Source: Cyanophora paradoxa CCMP329
Taxonomy: Eukaryota; Plantae; Glaucophyta
Direction: 5' to 3'
Length of the DNA stretch: 64,000 nt
Assembly (NCBI GenBank): GCA_004431415.1
Contig: QPMI01000088.1
Coordinates: 149,947-213,946 of the forward strand
A program made the translations under genes and the position numbers. The notes under the pieces are model-generated. The model saw only the letters and a program-made list of their open reading frames with translations, made no database searches and was not told the origin of the DNA. This document shows, piece after piece, positions 23,513-35,268 of this stretch. Numbering within the stretch: position 1 is the first letter of the stretch; each line of letters begins with the position of its first letter.

Positions 23513-25696
23513 TCAGAAGGCCGCGACGACCTCAGCTGCTGCCGCGGCCTCGATGGCGAAGGGGTCTCCCTCTGCGGCCTCGGCCTCGAGCTCGCCGGCC
23601 TCGAAGTCGGCCTCCGCGCCGAAGGCCTCGTCCAGCTCCTCGAGCTCCTGGTCCTCGGCGTCCAGCTGGGCGTACGTGCGACCAGTGCAGTCAGTGAACT
23701 CGCCGACGGCGATCTTGCCATCCTTAGCTTGTTGCCAGTGGAGTAGAACGACTTCCCGAAACGGGTCTGCAGCTCGGTACGTACGCGGACAAATTTAAAA
23801 GGGCTCAGAACAGCGCACAATAAATTTAAACGTGTGCGGGCCGCGGGAAACTGACCGTCGTACAGGCCAATGATCTTGCTGGCTTTGGCGTCGTCGACGC
23901 CCATTATCGTCTTTACGTCCTCCACGTCGAGGCCGTCACGGTCTTTGATGTAGGCGATTACTGTCGAGTCGCCGGGATTTATGCCGTACTTGAAGACTGC
24001 TTCGACGGACTTGTTCAAAAGAAACCGCAGGGCTTCACTGCGGACCGGAGGGGGTCTGGCAATGAATCGCAGGGCGATAAGCGATGCGCGATGCGGCAAT
24101 GAGCGCACGGTACGGTCTCCTGTCTGCTGGCGGACAAGACGTAAAACGGTTCACCCGAAGCTGCCTTGCATTGGGCATCGATCCGAACTTCCTCCGTCGG
24201 GCTGCGACGCGTCATCAGATTGAACTCGTGCGATCCTGAATGCTGCAGGCCACGTGTCCACGGAGGCTTACCAGGGACCACACGCCCTCGAGGTGCCTGG
24301 ACGCAGCTCTTCAGTCAGTATTCTTCAGCGGAAGCATTTGCGACGAGGGGTGGGCCGGACCTCCGTTAATGGGGTCAAGGCGGTAGAACTTGGCATCCGA
24401 GCCGTTGCAGTAATTAAGGATGGTTAAGTCGTCCATGGCGTTCATTGGGGCCACGAACAACTCGTCAACGAGGGGCGTTTCGCTGCAGTCGGACGTGGAG
24501 AACGTCTTCAGAGATGTTCCTTTTATAGATGGGCTATAGCTAAGGAAAATCTTGAGTTAGACGAACTTCAGATTGCAATCCCCGCCAGCAGCGGCTTACC
24601 AGCTGCAGAGCGTGCAGGCCTTCGTGGTACCTGCGTGAAGCTCGCTTGTCAGCTGCAGAGACACATCTATCGACGCTGGATAGAACAGAAAGCACCTCCG
24701 TTTGTGCCTTCAGCCGTGTAGAACCTGGTTCTTTCTGTACTTGCCTGTACTAGACGACGCTGGATAGAACAGAAAGCACCTCCGTTTGTGCCTTCAGCCG
24801 TGTAGAACCTGGCCCCGCTCGAGGCGGCGCATGTATCGCTCGCGAGCTGCTCAGTCAGCGTCCCCTCGACGCGCGTGCTGGAAACGAACTGTCGGCTGTC
24901 GCAGTTCTTCCAAGAGAAGGTCTTCACCGTCGTCGCCGCGGGGCTGCAAACGAATCATCACCGAGTCGGTACCGGTGCAAAAAGATATGTTGTTCGAAAT
25001 TGCTTTGATTGGAGCACGCCAGATTTCGATCGCGAGCTCACCAGGGGATGCAGGTCCTCGTGGTGCCTGCGTGAAACTCGTCGGTCAGTGCACTTTCGAC
25101 TGCATCTGCAAATTAAAGATCGCTGGGACGAAAAAGTACCTCCGTTTATGCCGTCCGCCTGGTAGAAAAGAGCGCCCGGAGCGGCGCAGGCGTCCTTGAT
25201 GGACTGATTAGTCAACGTCCCTGCAACGCGCTTGTCGAAAGCCGCCGTCCCGCTGCAGTCAGTCGAAGTGAAACTCTTCACCGTCGTCGCCGTAGGGCTG
25301 GGATCGGAACACCGGCACCGTCAGTACTAGTCTCCAACACCGAGAAAGAGGTGAAGTTGATTACCACGCCGTGCACGCCCAGGCTGCCGTAAAAGAACCG
25401 TTAGCGGGCTCACGTGCACGGCATCAGCCGCGCGCGGTCGCTCCAGCGGACGCACTTGTTCCGTCTGTGGCTTGGGGCGACTTTGACGCGGAGTAGGCGA
25501 CAACATCTGCAGAGCAGACCGCAATCTTGTCGCTGTCGCCTAGGAATCTGTCCTTGACGGTCTCAAAGTACGTGCGGTTGCTGGCCGTGTTCTGGGTGCA
25601 GTCGTCCAGAGACCGCCATCCGCTGAGATCAGAGCTGGTGGCGCCCATCGCCGCGTCGCTGCAGACTGCAGTTGCACTTTGACGAATATTTGACAC
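23513..25696 (-). CDS. Multi-exon hypothetical protein with three Cys-containing repeats and an acidic C-terminus
   Basis: Three similar units (KSFTSTDCSGT..DACAAPGALFYQADGINGG / KTFSWKNCDSR..DTCAASSGARFYTAEGTNGG / KTFSTSDCSET..NYCNGSDAKFYRLDPINGG). The last exon reads ...EAAAAAEVVAAF* with the stop at 23513. The 5' end is uncertain. Confidence 0.55.
24671..24812. repeat. 58-bp exact direct duplication
   Basis: 24671-24728 is identical to 24755-24812, with a 26-bp spacer. Confidence 0.9.
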
Positions 25697-25996
25697 TCTA
25701 GATCTTGAACTGAAATTTTGTTGAGGATGTTACGATTTTCGGGTTTTGTCGAAATTAACTCTCGACGAACATTTCTACGTTCCATGGCCAGTACCTCAGA
25801 TTAGTCTTCAGTCGTTTATTGCTTTGCCGATTCCGCAACCTCGATTCAGTTTAGACACTTCGCCTGCTTCGAATTCGACTCTCCCCTCTAGTGGTGTCTT
25901 TTGTTTCGCCCCTCCTATTGTTCTGCCACCTCCGCCTCCTACGAGGCTACGACAGCGTCTTCTACCGTGTGGCACTATAATACCGCGCTCACTTAT

Positions 25997-26061
25997 TTAC
26001 CGCGGTACCAAATTACCGCGCCGAAATTGTGACGTACCGCGGTAATTTGGTACCGCGGTAA
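25997..26061. repeat. Perfect 24-bp inverted repeat (hairpin) built from TACCGCG units
   Basis: TTACCGCGGTACCAAATTACCGCG (25997-26020) and its reverse complement (26038-26061), with a 17-nt loop. Confidence 0.9.
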
Positions 26062-27189
26062 TAACCTGCTGCTACGTTGCTCCGGATCCATATAGTGCCC
26101 CCTACAATTAACGTATAACGCCCCATACAAGCCTCCAAATATCCAATATCTGCTATTTCTAGTGCGACGTCGACTATAGCTAGTACTGTCGTTTCTTCGA
26201 ACTTTAGATCTGGATCTTCGACTGTAGTTCCTCGTGCTCGTTTTCCTTATTTTCTGCGCCCCCGTGCTCCTTGTCGTTCAAGTGTGACTAGTACTTCTGT
26301 GTCGACATCCTTGAGCTCTTCTGCTACATCTCCTCGTGCTCGTTCTTCTTATGCTCGTGATCCTTCTTGATTATGTGATTGTGATAGTCTAGAATCTCTA
26401 GATCTGCTGTATCTTTGATTTGTGATTTGTTATCCGTATTATCACTACCTACGGCTACGGGCCCGGGGGGGTTCGCCCCACCGTAGTCTCTCAAAAACAA
26501 AAGCTATAATATTATAACCGGCCATCACGGGATTCACGGGCCATCACGGCCCATCAGCCGGAGACTGCCCGGAGTCCGGAATATTAATTAATCCGGATCT
26601 CGGCCGCGGCCGCGACGGCCCGCGAGCGATCTGTACCCTTGTGGAACCATTCTATACCCTCATTGGATTCCCATTGAATTTGATTTCCCCCCCCCCCCCC
26701 CCCTTCCCGGGGTAATTACATAGCCGCGCGCGGCTGGGCCGCTGGGGGCCCCCATTAAGAAACAAAGAGAGGCCATGGCCAGTGGCCACCCTCACGCCTT
26801 GAAGCCCCAAGACCCCAAGACCACTCCTGCTCCGCAGGGACTCGCTTGTTGTAATTGAAGTTAGTGATGAGCTGGAGGAATATTAATCAAGATCAAAAGC
26901 TCACCGAGTCGACGTCACGTGCAAGCTCATGATAGTACAATTAATATTGATGATCATGAATCCTTTACAGATTCGCAGTGCATGACAAGCGACAGTTGTG
27001 CATGACAAGCGACAGTTGCAAGCAAAAATAGAATGACTTGATGAATCGGCCACCTAGGCCTGACCTATCAATAATCGAAAACGGACGTGCAGGCTATCAT
27101 ACTCGACCACTTAAGCTAGCGGGGCTTGCCAGGCCGAGGGAACCCCAAAACTAGGTGCAATAAGAGCCGAGCGTGCGGCGCGATGGGGA

Positions 27190-30100
27190 TCAGGAGGTGG
27201 AGGGGAGGGCGGCGGCCCAGGAGGCGCCGGGGCAGGTGTCGGTGTAGGGGTGGGCGCTGGAGCCGGCCTGGGCCTGCACGACGGCGCTGAACTCGGACTC
27301 GCTGAGGGAGCGCTTCACCATCGCGCACGCCCGCGTCGCCAGCTGCCCCGCCCCGCCCCGCCCCGCCGTCAGGAGGAGGAGGGCGCTGGGTCCAGGAGAG
27401 GGCCCCCGCGGACCGCGGCGGGGGAGGTGTCGTGGACGCGGAGGGTGCGGTCCCGGGCCGAGAAGGTCGCCACGCTCGCCCCGCTGCTCGAGAGGGCGCC
27501 CCCGCGCACGTCCGTGCCCCCGCTGAAGAACCACGGCTCCTGCGCCCCGGCGGCGCCCGTCAGGCGGGGCATCAATGCGGCGGGAGGGGGGCGGGGCGGA
27601 CGTCGAGGGGCGACGAGGCGCCGTCCAGCACGAGCAGCTGGGCCCCCGGGAGCACCTGCGGGGCCCAGGCGCTCCCTTCAGAGGCGGGGGAAGAGCGGGG
27701 GGCAGGGCGATGGGCGCGCCGTGCTCTCGGCGAGGAGGAGGGAGGAGGAGGCGCTGAACTTGACGAACTGGCGCCCGTAGGAGAGGTAGCCCACGGTGAG
27801 CGAGCTGCCCCCGCCGCGCACGTGAGCGGCGGGGCCCGCGGAGGGGGCGGGGGCGGGGGCGGGACCTGAAGAGGGTCCAGGCCTGCGGCTGGGCGGGGTC
27901 CGACGCGTTGAAGATGCAGACGCGGTTCGTCGTCGCGTCGTCCGTCACCAGCCACTGCGGGTCGCGCGGGCGCCGGCTCAAGGGAGAGGGCGAGCAGAAA
28001 TCGGGGGCGGGGGAGGGCGCGCCTTGCCGTCGGGGCTGAAGGTGACGGCACGGACGGCCGGGCAGCTCGGGGAGAGGGGGATGGAGAGCTCCTTGTCCCC
28101 CAGCACGCCTGCGAGGGCCGCGCGGTTCCGAGCGGTTACATTAGAGCTGGGAGGGAGCGGGCGGAGGGGGCGCGGGGGGCGGACTGGAGGTGGAGAGGAG
28201 GGTGCTGGTGCGCCAGAGGTAGACGGCGGTCGAGTCGCGGGAGGACTCCATCGGGGGCGCCGGCGCCGCCAGGAACGACCCCGAGATGCCCACCTGCGCC
28301 CCCGGCTGGAGCGTCGGGCGGAGCCGCGCCGGGCGGAGCGCGGCGGGGGCGCGGACGACGAGGCTGTAGACGCGGTAGTTGGACTCCATGCCGCCCATCC
28401 GGAGGACGAGCTTGGCGCCGCCGGTCGCCGCCGCGTCCCGCCGGAACGCGAACATCCCGCCCTGTCATGGGGGCGAGCGCGTCAGGGCGGGCGGGGGCGA
28501 GGGGGGCGAGGTGGAGGGGAGGCCCCGCGCCTTGGAGTCGGCGAGGACGATGAGGCGCGAGTCGGCCGAGGCGTGCACGGAGACGATGACGCTGGACATG
28601 ACGGCGACCGCCGCCGACGCGTCGGCCGCCTGCGCCGCCGCCAGGTCGATCGCGACGCCCGTGCCCGGCAGGCCCCCCGCCGTCGCCCCGATCTCGTACA
28701 AGGAGGCTGCCGGCGGTCGAGCCCGCGGTCAGCGCGAGGCCAAGCGGAAGGAACTGTAAAGCATCCCGCGCGCACGCGCGCACCGCCGATGGCGAGGTAC
28801 CGCCCGTCGGGGGTGAAGAAGACCGAGTCGACGTAGTTCGCCGAGGTCGAGGCGGGGTAGCTGACGGCCGGCGCGAGCGTGCCCCCGGCGTTCAGGCCGT
28901 ACCGCGACGCGTCCCCCGCCTGCGCCGGCGGCGTCGGCCGAGAGGAGCGGGGCGGGGCGAGGGGCGCGCGGGGGGAGGGGGGGGGGGGGGGGGGGGGGGG
29001 GGCGGGCGGGCGGGCGGGCACCGCGGGCAGGCGGTAGACGTGGACCTGGGACGACTCGTCGAGGGTCATCGCCACGCACCAGGCGGCGAAGACGCCGAGG
29101 GAGGCGTCGGGGTGCGGCGCCGTCCACCCCATCTTGCCCGTGCACGAGTGCTCCAGGCCGAAGGCCTGCGCTCCCGCCCCGCCGCGTGAGCCGACGGGTG
29201 CTCCGAGGGGCGTGCGCCCCGGGCGGGGCGGGGCGGGGGCGCCTTGCTGGAGAGGAGGTTGGTGCCGTCGCTGGCGTAGCGGGCGGCGGCGAGGGCCGTG
29301 TCGAAGGCGGAGAACTCGGCGTTGACCGACGCCACCAGCCACGCGTCCCCCTTGAAAAAGTGGATCGACGTCGCCCCGAGCAGCTGCCGCCCCGTCCGTC
29401 AAGGTCCCGCTCGAGCGCCGCGAGCCCTGCGGCGCGGGCTCCACGCGCCTCCTCGGTGAAGACAGTGAGGAGCTTGAGGGGCTCGCCGGTGACCAGCTGG
29501 AAGCGGCTGCGCGCCGACGGCCCCTGCCGCGCCGCGTCCCGCGTCCGCCACAGCCCGATCGACCCTGCGGCGGGTGTTGGACGCGACCGACGCGCGATTG
29601 CCGGCTCAAGCGGGCCCGCCGACCGTCGGTCGAGGCGGAGGCGACGAAGTCGGCGCTCGCGTCGGTGTGGAGCGCGAGCAGCTTCTTGCCGTGGCGGAGC
29701 AGCTGCGAGAGGGGCGCCCGCGCCTCGGGATCAGCCGCGCGCCAGCCGCGTGGGGTCGCTTTGGGCTCGGGCGCCGCACGCACGCGGGCCGGGAGGCCGT
29801 TCACTCCGGGGTCGACGAGGTCCGCGGCGTTCGTGGCTGCCGAGCGCGAGCGTCCAGTCAGAGGGATGCGCCACTCCGGCTCGCGATCGGCCCCCAGCGG
29901 CGGGCGGAGGAGCTCGGGCGCTAGCGCACTGTAGACCGAGCCGGAGTTGTCCGCCCAGAACAGGAAGTTGTTCGTCGGGAAGTGGATGAGGTTGATCTGG
30001 CGCGCCAGTCAGGGGCCGGGGCGGCCGGCGAGGGCTCGGCGGGCGGGGCGGACGACGTGGGTCATGTCGAGGGTGATGCCGGGGACGGAGACGCGGGCGG

Positions 30101-33100
30101 AGTCCTCGTAGCCGACGACGTCCATGTTGGGGTCCGCGAAGGTCTGCAGCAGCACCAGCGACCCCGACGAGCCGCCTGCGCCCCGCGCGCGCGCCTCGGT
30201 CGCCCGAAGACGCCCGCGGGCTGCCAGCGCGGCGTCGGCGAGCGCACCCATCGCCAAGAACGGGGCTCTACTCGAAGTCCGAGTCGGCCCGTTCGCGAGC
30301 CTGCGCCCGCGTCAAAAGCCGGTACTCGCACGCAGGGCGCTGATCGAGAATGATGGCGCACGCAGAGACGGTGAACGGGTTGCCCCCCGACCCCGTCACG
30401 ATCTGCGGAATCGGAACACGGCCGTGAGACGGCCGCCGGTCGATCCCGAATCATCGTTTAATCGGGCTCGCCGTGGTGTAGCGCATGACGGAGGTGGCGG
30501 CGGAGTTGGCGGTGAGGTTAAGGGCGACGGCGTGGAGGGCGAGCGTCCCGCCCGCGCCCGTCTGCACGGCCACGAAGAGCACCCCGCAGTCCCGCTCCCG
30601 CAGCTGCACCGACGCCGTCGAGATGTCCTTCGTCTTGACCGACCAGTTCTGCGGCGCGGCGCGGCGCGGCGCGGTTGAGCTCAGCGCGGCGCCGCGTCCA
30701 TCGGATCCGACCGAGCGTGTCAAGTACCGGGCGGAGCTGGAACATGGCGTACGAGCTGCGCGGCGAGTTCGCGATGCCGGACGGCGTCATCCCCGAAATG
30801 TTGTCTGCGCTCGGGTGAGGGGGACGGAGAAGTGCTAGCGGGGCAGCTGAAAGAAGTGCGGCTCACAGAGCGTGAATTTCAGGGAATCCTCGTCAGTCAC
30901 GTTGGGCGAGACCGTCATGAAGACCTGACGAAACAACAATCAGACGCCCGAGCTTCAGATTTCAAGCCACGCCTGAGGCCCCCCGCGCGCGGGGGTGCCC
31001 GGGGGCGGACCGTGCCGGCGAGGCAGGTCCAGATGGTGGTGCGGGAGGCGGCCGAGTTGCTCGAGAGGGCGGCCGCGTCGGAGAGCGTCGCCTCGACGCC
31101 GGAGGAGGCCCAGGCGATGAACTTGCCGTTCTGCTGCATGAGGAGCACGTCCTGGTTGATCCACGCGAAGCCGACCCCGATCCCCTCGAACGTCCTCGTC
31201 GCGATCTGCCGCCGATCGCGACGCCGCGTCAGCCAGTCGCACACGCGCGATTCCAAAACTGTTCCCCCGCACCGTGGTCTTGGAGCTCGCGTCGATGACG
31301 TCGGCGCGCATTGTCGTGAAGCTCGACGTCGTCGCGCTCCCGTCGTCCAAGCACGCTGCCGGCCCGGCGTCAGCGGCCGGCCAACGCTCGACGATCACGA
31401 AGCTTAAGCCGGCGCGCACTCCCCGAGACGCAGGTGAGGGCGACGACGTATCTGCGGCTCCGGCTGCGCGCGCGCGCGCGCGCGTGTCGGCGCGGGCGGC
31501 CGCGGTGGAGCTGGGTTAGAATTGGGAGCCGGCCGCGGGCGCACCTGACGGCGAGCTGGAGGGCGGCGGTGGGCGTCTTGGTCGAGGGCGGGCACGCGAG
31601 GATGTCCGCCGACACGGCGAACGAGCGCGCCCCGGCGATTGAGCTCAGGTCCTGCCAGCGCAGCACCGTCCCTGCGCGCGCGGAGCGGCGCGGTCGAGTC
31701 GGGCGGGGGGGCGGCGGGGCGAGGCGCCTCGCTCACCGTCGGAGAAGAGGACGATGAGGTCGGAGCCATCCTCGGCGACCGAGAGCTTCTGGGGCATCGC
31801 CGACGCCGTCACGGTCGCGTTCGAGCACTGACGGCCGCCGGTGAGGGCGAGAGAGGGCGAGAGAGAGCGGCGGCGAGCGAGCTGGGCGGCGGGTCACCTT
31901 CGCCTTCAGCTCCTCCATGTTCCGGTACAGCGACACGCCGCCGACTCGCGTCAGGAGCTGCGGGGCCGGCCCGAGTCGGCGCCGGCTCGACCTCGAGTCG
32001 GATGGAGAGCAGAGCGGGCGCCGCACCCTGCGGAGCGTGTTGACGGCGTACCGCTCGGTGACCAGGTCCCTGCTCGAGAGGTTGAAGGCCTGGCGCACTG
32101 CGCGGCGAGGTCACGCGCGCCGGCGCCGGCCGCGCTGGGCACGCGGGGCCGGGCGGACCGCCCTGGAGGGCGTAGAGGATGCCGAGGTCCGCCCACGCCG
32201 TCTCGTACGCTTGCCCTGCGCGCGCGCCACGGTTGGACGAGCCCTCGTCACAGGAAGCGAGCCGAGCATTGACAGGACAAGGCACCGGCGCTGGAGAGGG
32301 AGTGGGCGGTGTTGACGGCGAGCGCCGTGACGGCCTTCTTCTCGGAGGCCTCCGCCAGTGTCTGTGCCTTGCGCGCCTCCTCCGCCGAAGCTTCCGCGAG
32401 CGCCCGCGCCGCGGTCGCCTCCGCCGCCGACTTCTCCGCCGCTATTCGCGACGCGTTCGCTTGCGCCGTCGCGTTCTGAGCCGCGCCGCGCTCAACGGTC
32501 GGTGCGCGGGGGGCGGCGAGGCGGCGGAGCGGCGCACCTGCGCGATCAACGTCTGCTGCTCTGCCACCTCTTTCGCCGCCTGCGCGCGCAAGCCGCGGTG
32601 AGCGCGGTCGGAACAACCAGCTCGCGGCGCCGCGCGCGCACCACAGCGGCATTCCGCTGGACCGTTGCTTCTGCCGCGCTTGAATCCGCCTGCAGCTTGA
32701 GCTGGACCGCCCACCCGACGATGCCACACGCTGCCAATAACAACAGAATCTGCAGGGCGTTGTATCAGCGCAAAGACGAGAAGGCGACGGACAACGAGGT
32801 GCACTGCACTCGAACCGATAGAATGGACAAAGAAATGATCATCGTGACGATGCGCTTCTCTCGTTGTCGCACGAGCTGCCTGCTCATCTCCACATAGCGG
32901 ATCTGCGAAGGCGGTGGCCCGAAGACGACAGCTTCAACGTGGAAGAGCAAACCGCGTCAGGGGTCGGTTTGGGTTTCTTGTCCGTCGTCAGCGCCTGCTG
33001 TATGACGGAGGCCGCGAGCTCCACCTCTCGCTCGTTGGATATGAGCAGCGTTTTTGACTCCTGTTCTTCCATCCTGCCAGGCCCTGAGGCATCAGCTCCT

Positions 33101-34985
33101 AGCAACCTGGGGGTGCAGAACAGAAAGACAGACCACTGGGCGCATCCCGTGGCGATGCGCGTGAGCACTTTGATGTAGTCGGCGTCCGACTGGCACGCGG
33201 CCACGATTTGCCCGATCTGGGGTACGGCATTCGATTTGGTGGAGGCGGGGGGCGGAATCGCGCATGGGTACCGCGATGTCGAAGTCGTCCGAGACGCGCG
33301 CGTAGATCTGGGGCCGTAGGCGGGTCACGTCAGATGATCATGAGGGGCGCGGGAAGGACGCGTCGAGGGGTGCCGGGGCGGACCCAGTTGATGCCGGCGA
33401 GCTCTTCCGGGATGTTGTTGCACTGCGGGGGCGCAGTCAGCGCGGGGGGAGTGGGGCGGGGGAGGGGGGGGGGGGGGTTGGGGGGAGGGGGGGGGGGTTG
33501 AGGGGGAGATGGTGGTGGGGGAGAGGGGGTTGAGGATGTGGGTGGGGGTGGGGTGGGGGTAGGGGACGGTGGGGAGGGAAGGAGGAAGGATACGAGGGGT
33601 AGGGGACGTAAAGGGAGGAAGAATGAGTGGAATTGGAGATGCAGAGGAAGAGCAGGAAGAAGAGGGGTGGTTGAAGTGGCGGGGGGGGGGGGGGGGGGAA
33701 GGGGAGGGCGAGGGGGGGGCGATGTTTGGAGGGACGGGGGGTGGGGAGGGGGTAAAGGGAGGAATGGGGAAGAAGGTGGGGGCTGGAGAGCGGGGGAGGG
33801 GTCCAGGCGAGACGTGGCAAGCCCGCCCGCGGCAAGACCACGGGGAAGGGCTTCGAAAGGGGGGGGGGGAAGGATGGGGGGGTAAGACGGCACCGGCTCA
33901 TAGAGGACAGGGAGCAGGCGCTTGTTCTGCTCGAGGGCGACCTCGAGCTCCTTCCTGCACTCGTCGCTTGCGATCCAGTCCTGCGCCGTACCCCTCTTCA
34001 GATGCGGGGAGGGGGAGGGAGCGAAGGAGGGGGTACCGGCGACAAGACGAAGATTACGTTCTCGCTGCACTGGATCCCCGCCTTGATCATCGCGCGCCAG
34101 TCGACCTGGGGGGCTACGCGTCGAGCGGTGCGGCGCCGCGGGCCTCGGAATGCGCGTACCCCCACGGGAATGTCCTCGTAGTCGACCCAGAGGGTGAGGT
34201 TGAGGCCGCGCAGCGCCTGCGGGGGCGCCGGCGGTTCAGCGGGGCGGGCGGGCGGGCCGCGCGGGCGGGGCGGGGTGGGGCGGGGCGGGGCGGGCGCACG
34301 CGGACGAGGCCCTCCACAAAGACCTTGTTGCGCCTACTGTACGAGACGAAGGCCTGCGGGCGGCCGGTCGGCGCGGCGCGCGGCGCGCGGGGCGCGGCGG
34401 GGGCGCACGTTGCGCTGGTTCGTCTTCTTCGTGAAGGCCTCGAGGGCCTGCGCCGCGCGGGGCTCGGCGGGCGAGCTCGAGGGCGGAGGCAGCGCTGGGG
34501 CGCACCTGGTCGGCGCGGCGGGCGCGGAGGGCGTGGGCCGCCATCGCCTCGGGCCCCAAGGAGCCCATGAGCCCTTTAGCGATCACGCTCATCTTGGCGC
34601 TGCTGGCGCCCGGCGGGCGCTTCGTCTCCGCGGTCCCCTGCGCGCCGGCCGCGGCGCCGGCGACCGCGGCTGCAGGCGGGTGCGAGGGAGGCGCCGGTGC
34701 TGCTGTCTGCGGCTGCGCAGAGCTCTTTTCCGCACTAAAATCCGGTGACTCGAGCTGCAGGCTCTCCTCCGCGGCTCCGCCGGCCGCGAAGGCAATGCGC
34801 ACGACGCCGGCATCCGACGAGGGCTCCGTGCCTCCGCGCCCCGTCTGTGTCTGTTGTGCGTACTGAGGTGTCTCTGGGCCGGGATTGAGTGCCGACGGCC
34901 GGGGCGGCGAGTCCGAGCCGAGTTTGGGAGGGCTCCGCGGAGCAGAACCCGGCGGCTCGGGGTGCACGCGTGCCTTGTCTGGCAT
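27190..34985 (-). CDS. Multi-exon TIR (TIR_2-type) - TM - coiled coil - divergent WD40/beta-propeller protein
   Basis: TIR motifs AFVSYSRRNKVFVEGL, LWVDYEDIP, DWRAMIKAGI and SDECRKELEVALEQNKRLLPV. Linker PKPTPDQIRYVEMSR, hydrophobic TM, Ala-rich coil, propeller blades (SVFFTPDGRYLAIG, AVTFSPDG), and C-terminus LATRACAMVKRSLSESEF...PYTDTCP. Confidence 0.8.
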
Positions 34986-35268
34986 GATGCCGACACTAGC
35001 TAGCTAGCTAAGTCCTGCGGCGACGGCAGCCCAGGCGTCCACAAGCTCGGCGGCTTCGCTCGGCCTACGGGGCATGCGGCAAGCGCCCGCGAAGCCGCGC
35101 TGGGTTGCAGAGAAGCTAAGTACGCTGGCCGGGCCGGGCGGGTAGCAAAGAGACCAGCTCCGAACAGGAGACCGGCCGCCGGCTAAGATGAGTCTGCGTA
35201 CCCCCCTCAAGAAGCAAACTTCCCGAGAAGCTGTCCTCGGCTGCTAGCTGAAGGCGCCGCAGTCGGAG

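Noticed and set aside
26090-26495. Possible solo LTR (likewise the purine-rich 38380-38800)
   Set aside because: Composition is suggestive, but there is no second copy, clear TG..CA pair, PBS or TSD in the window.
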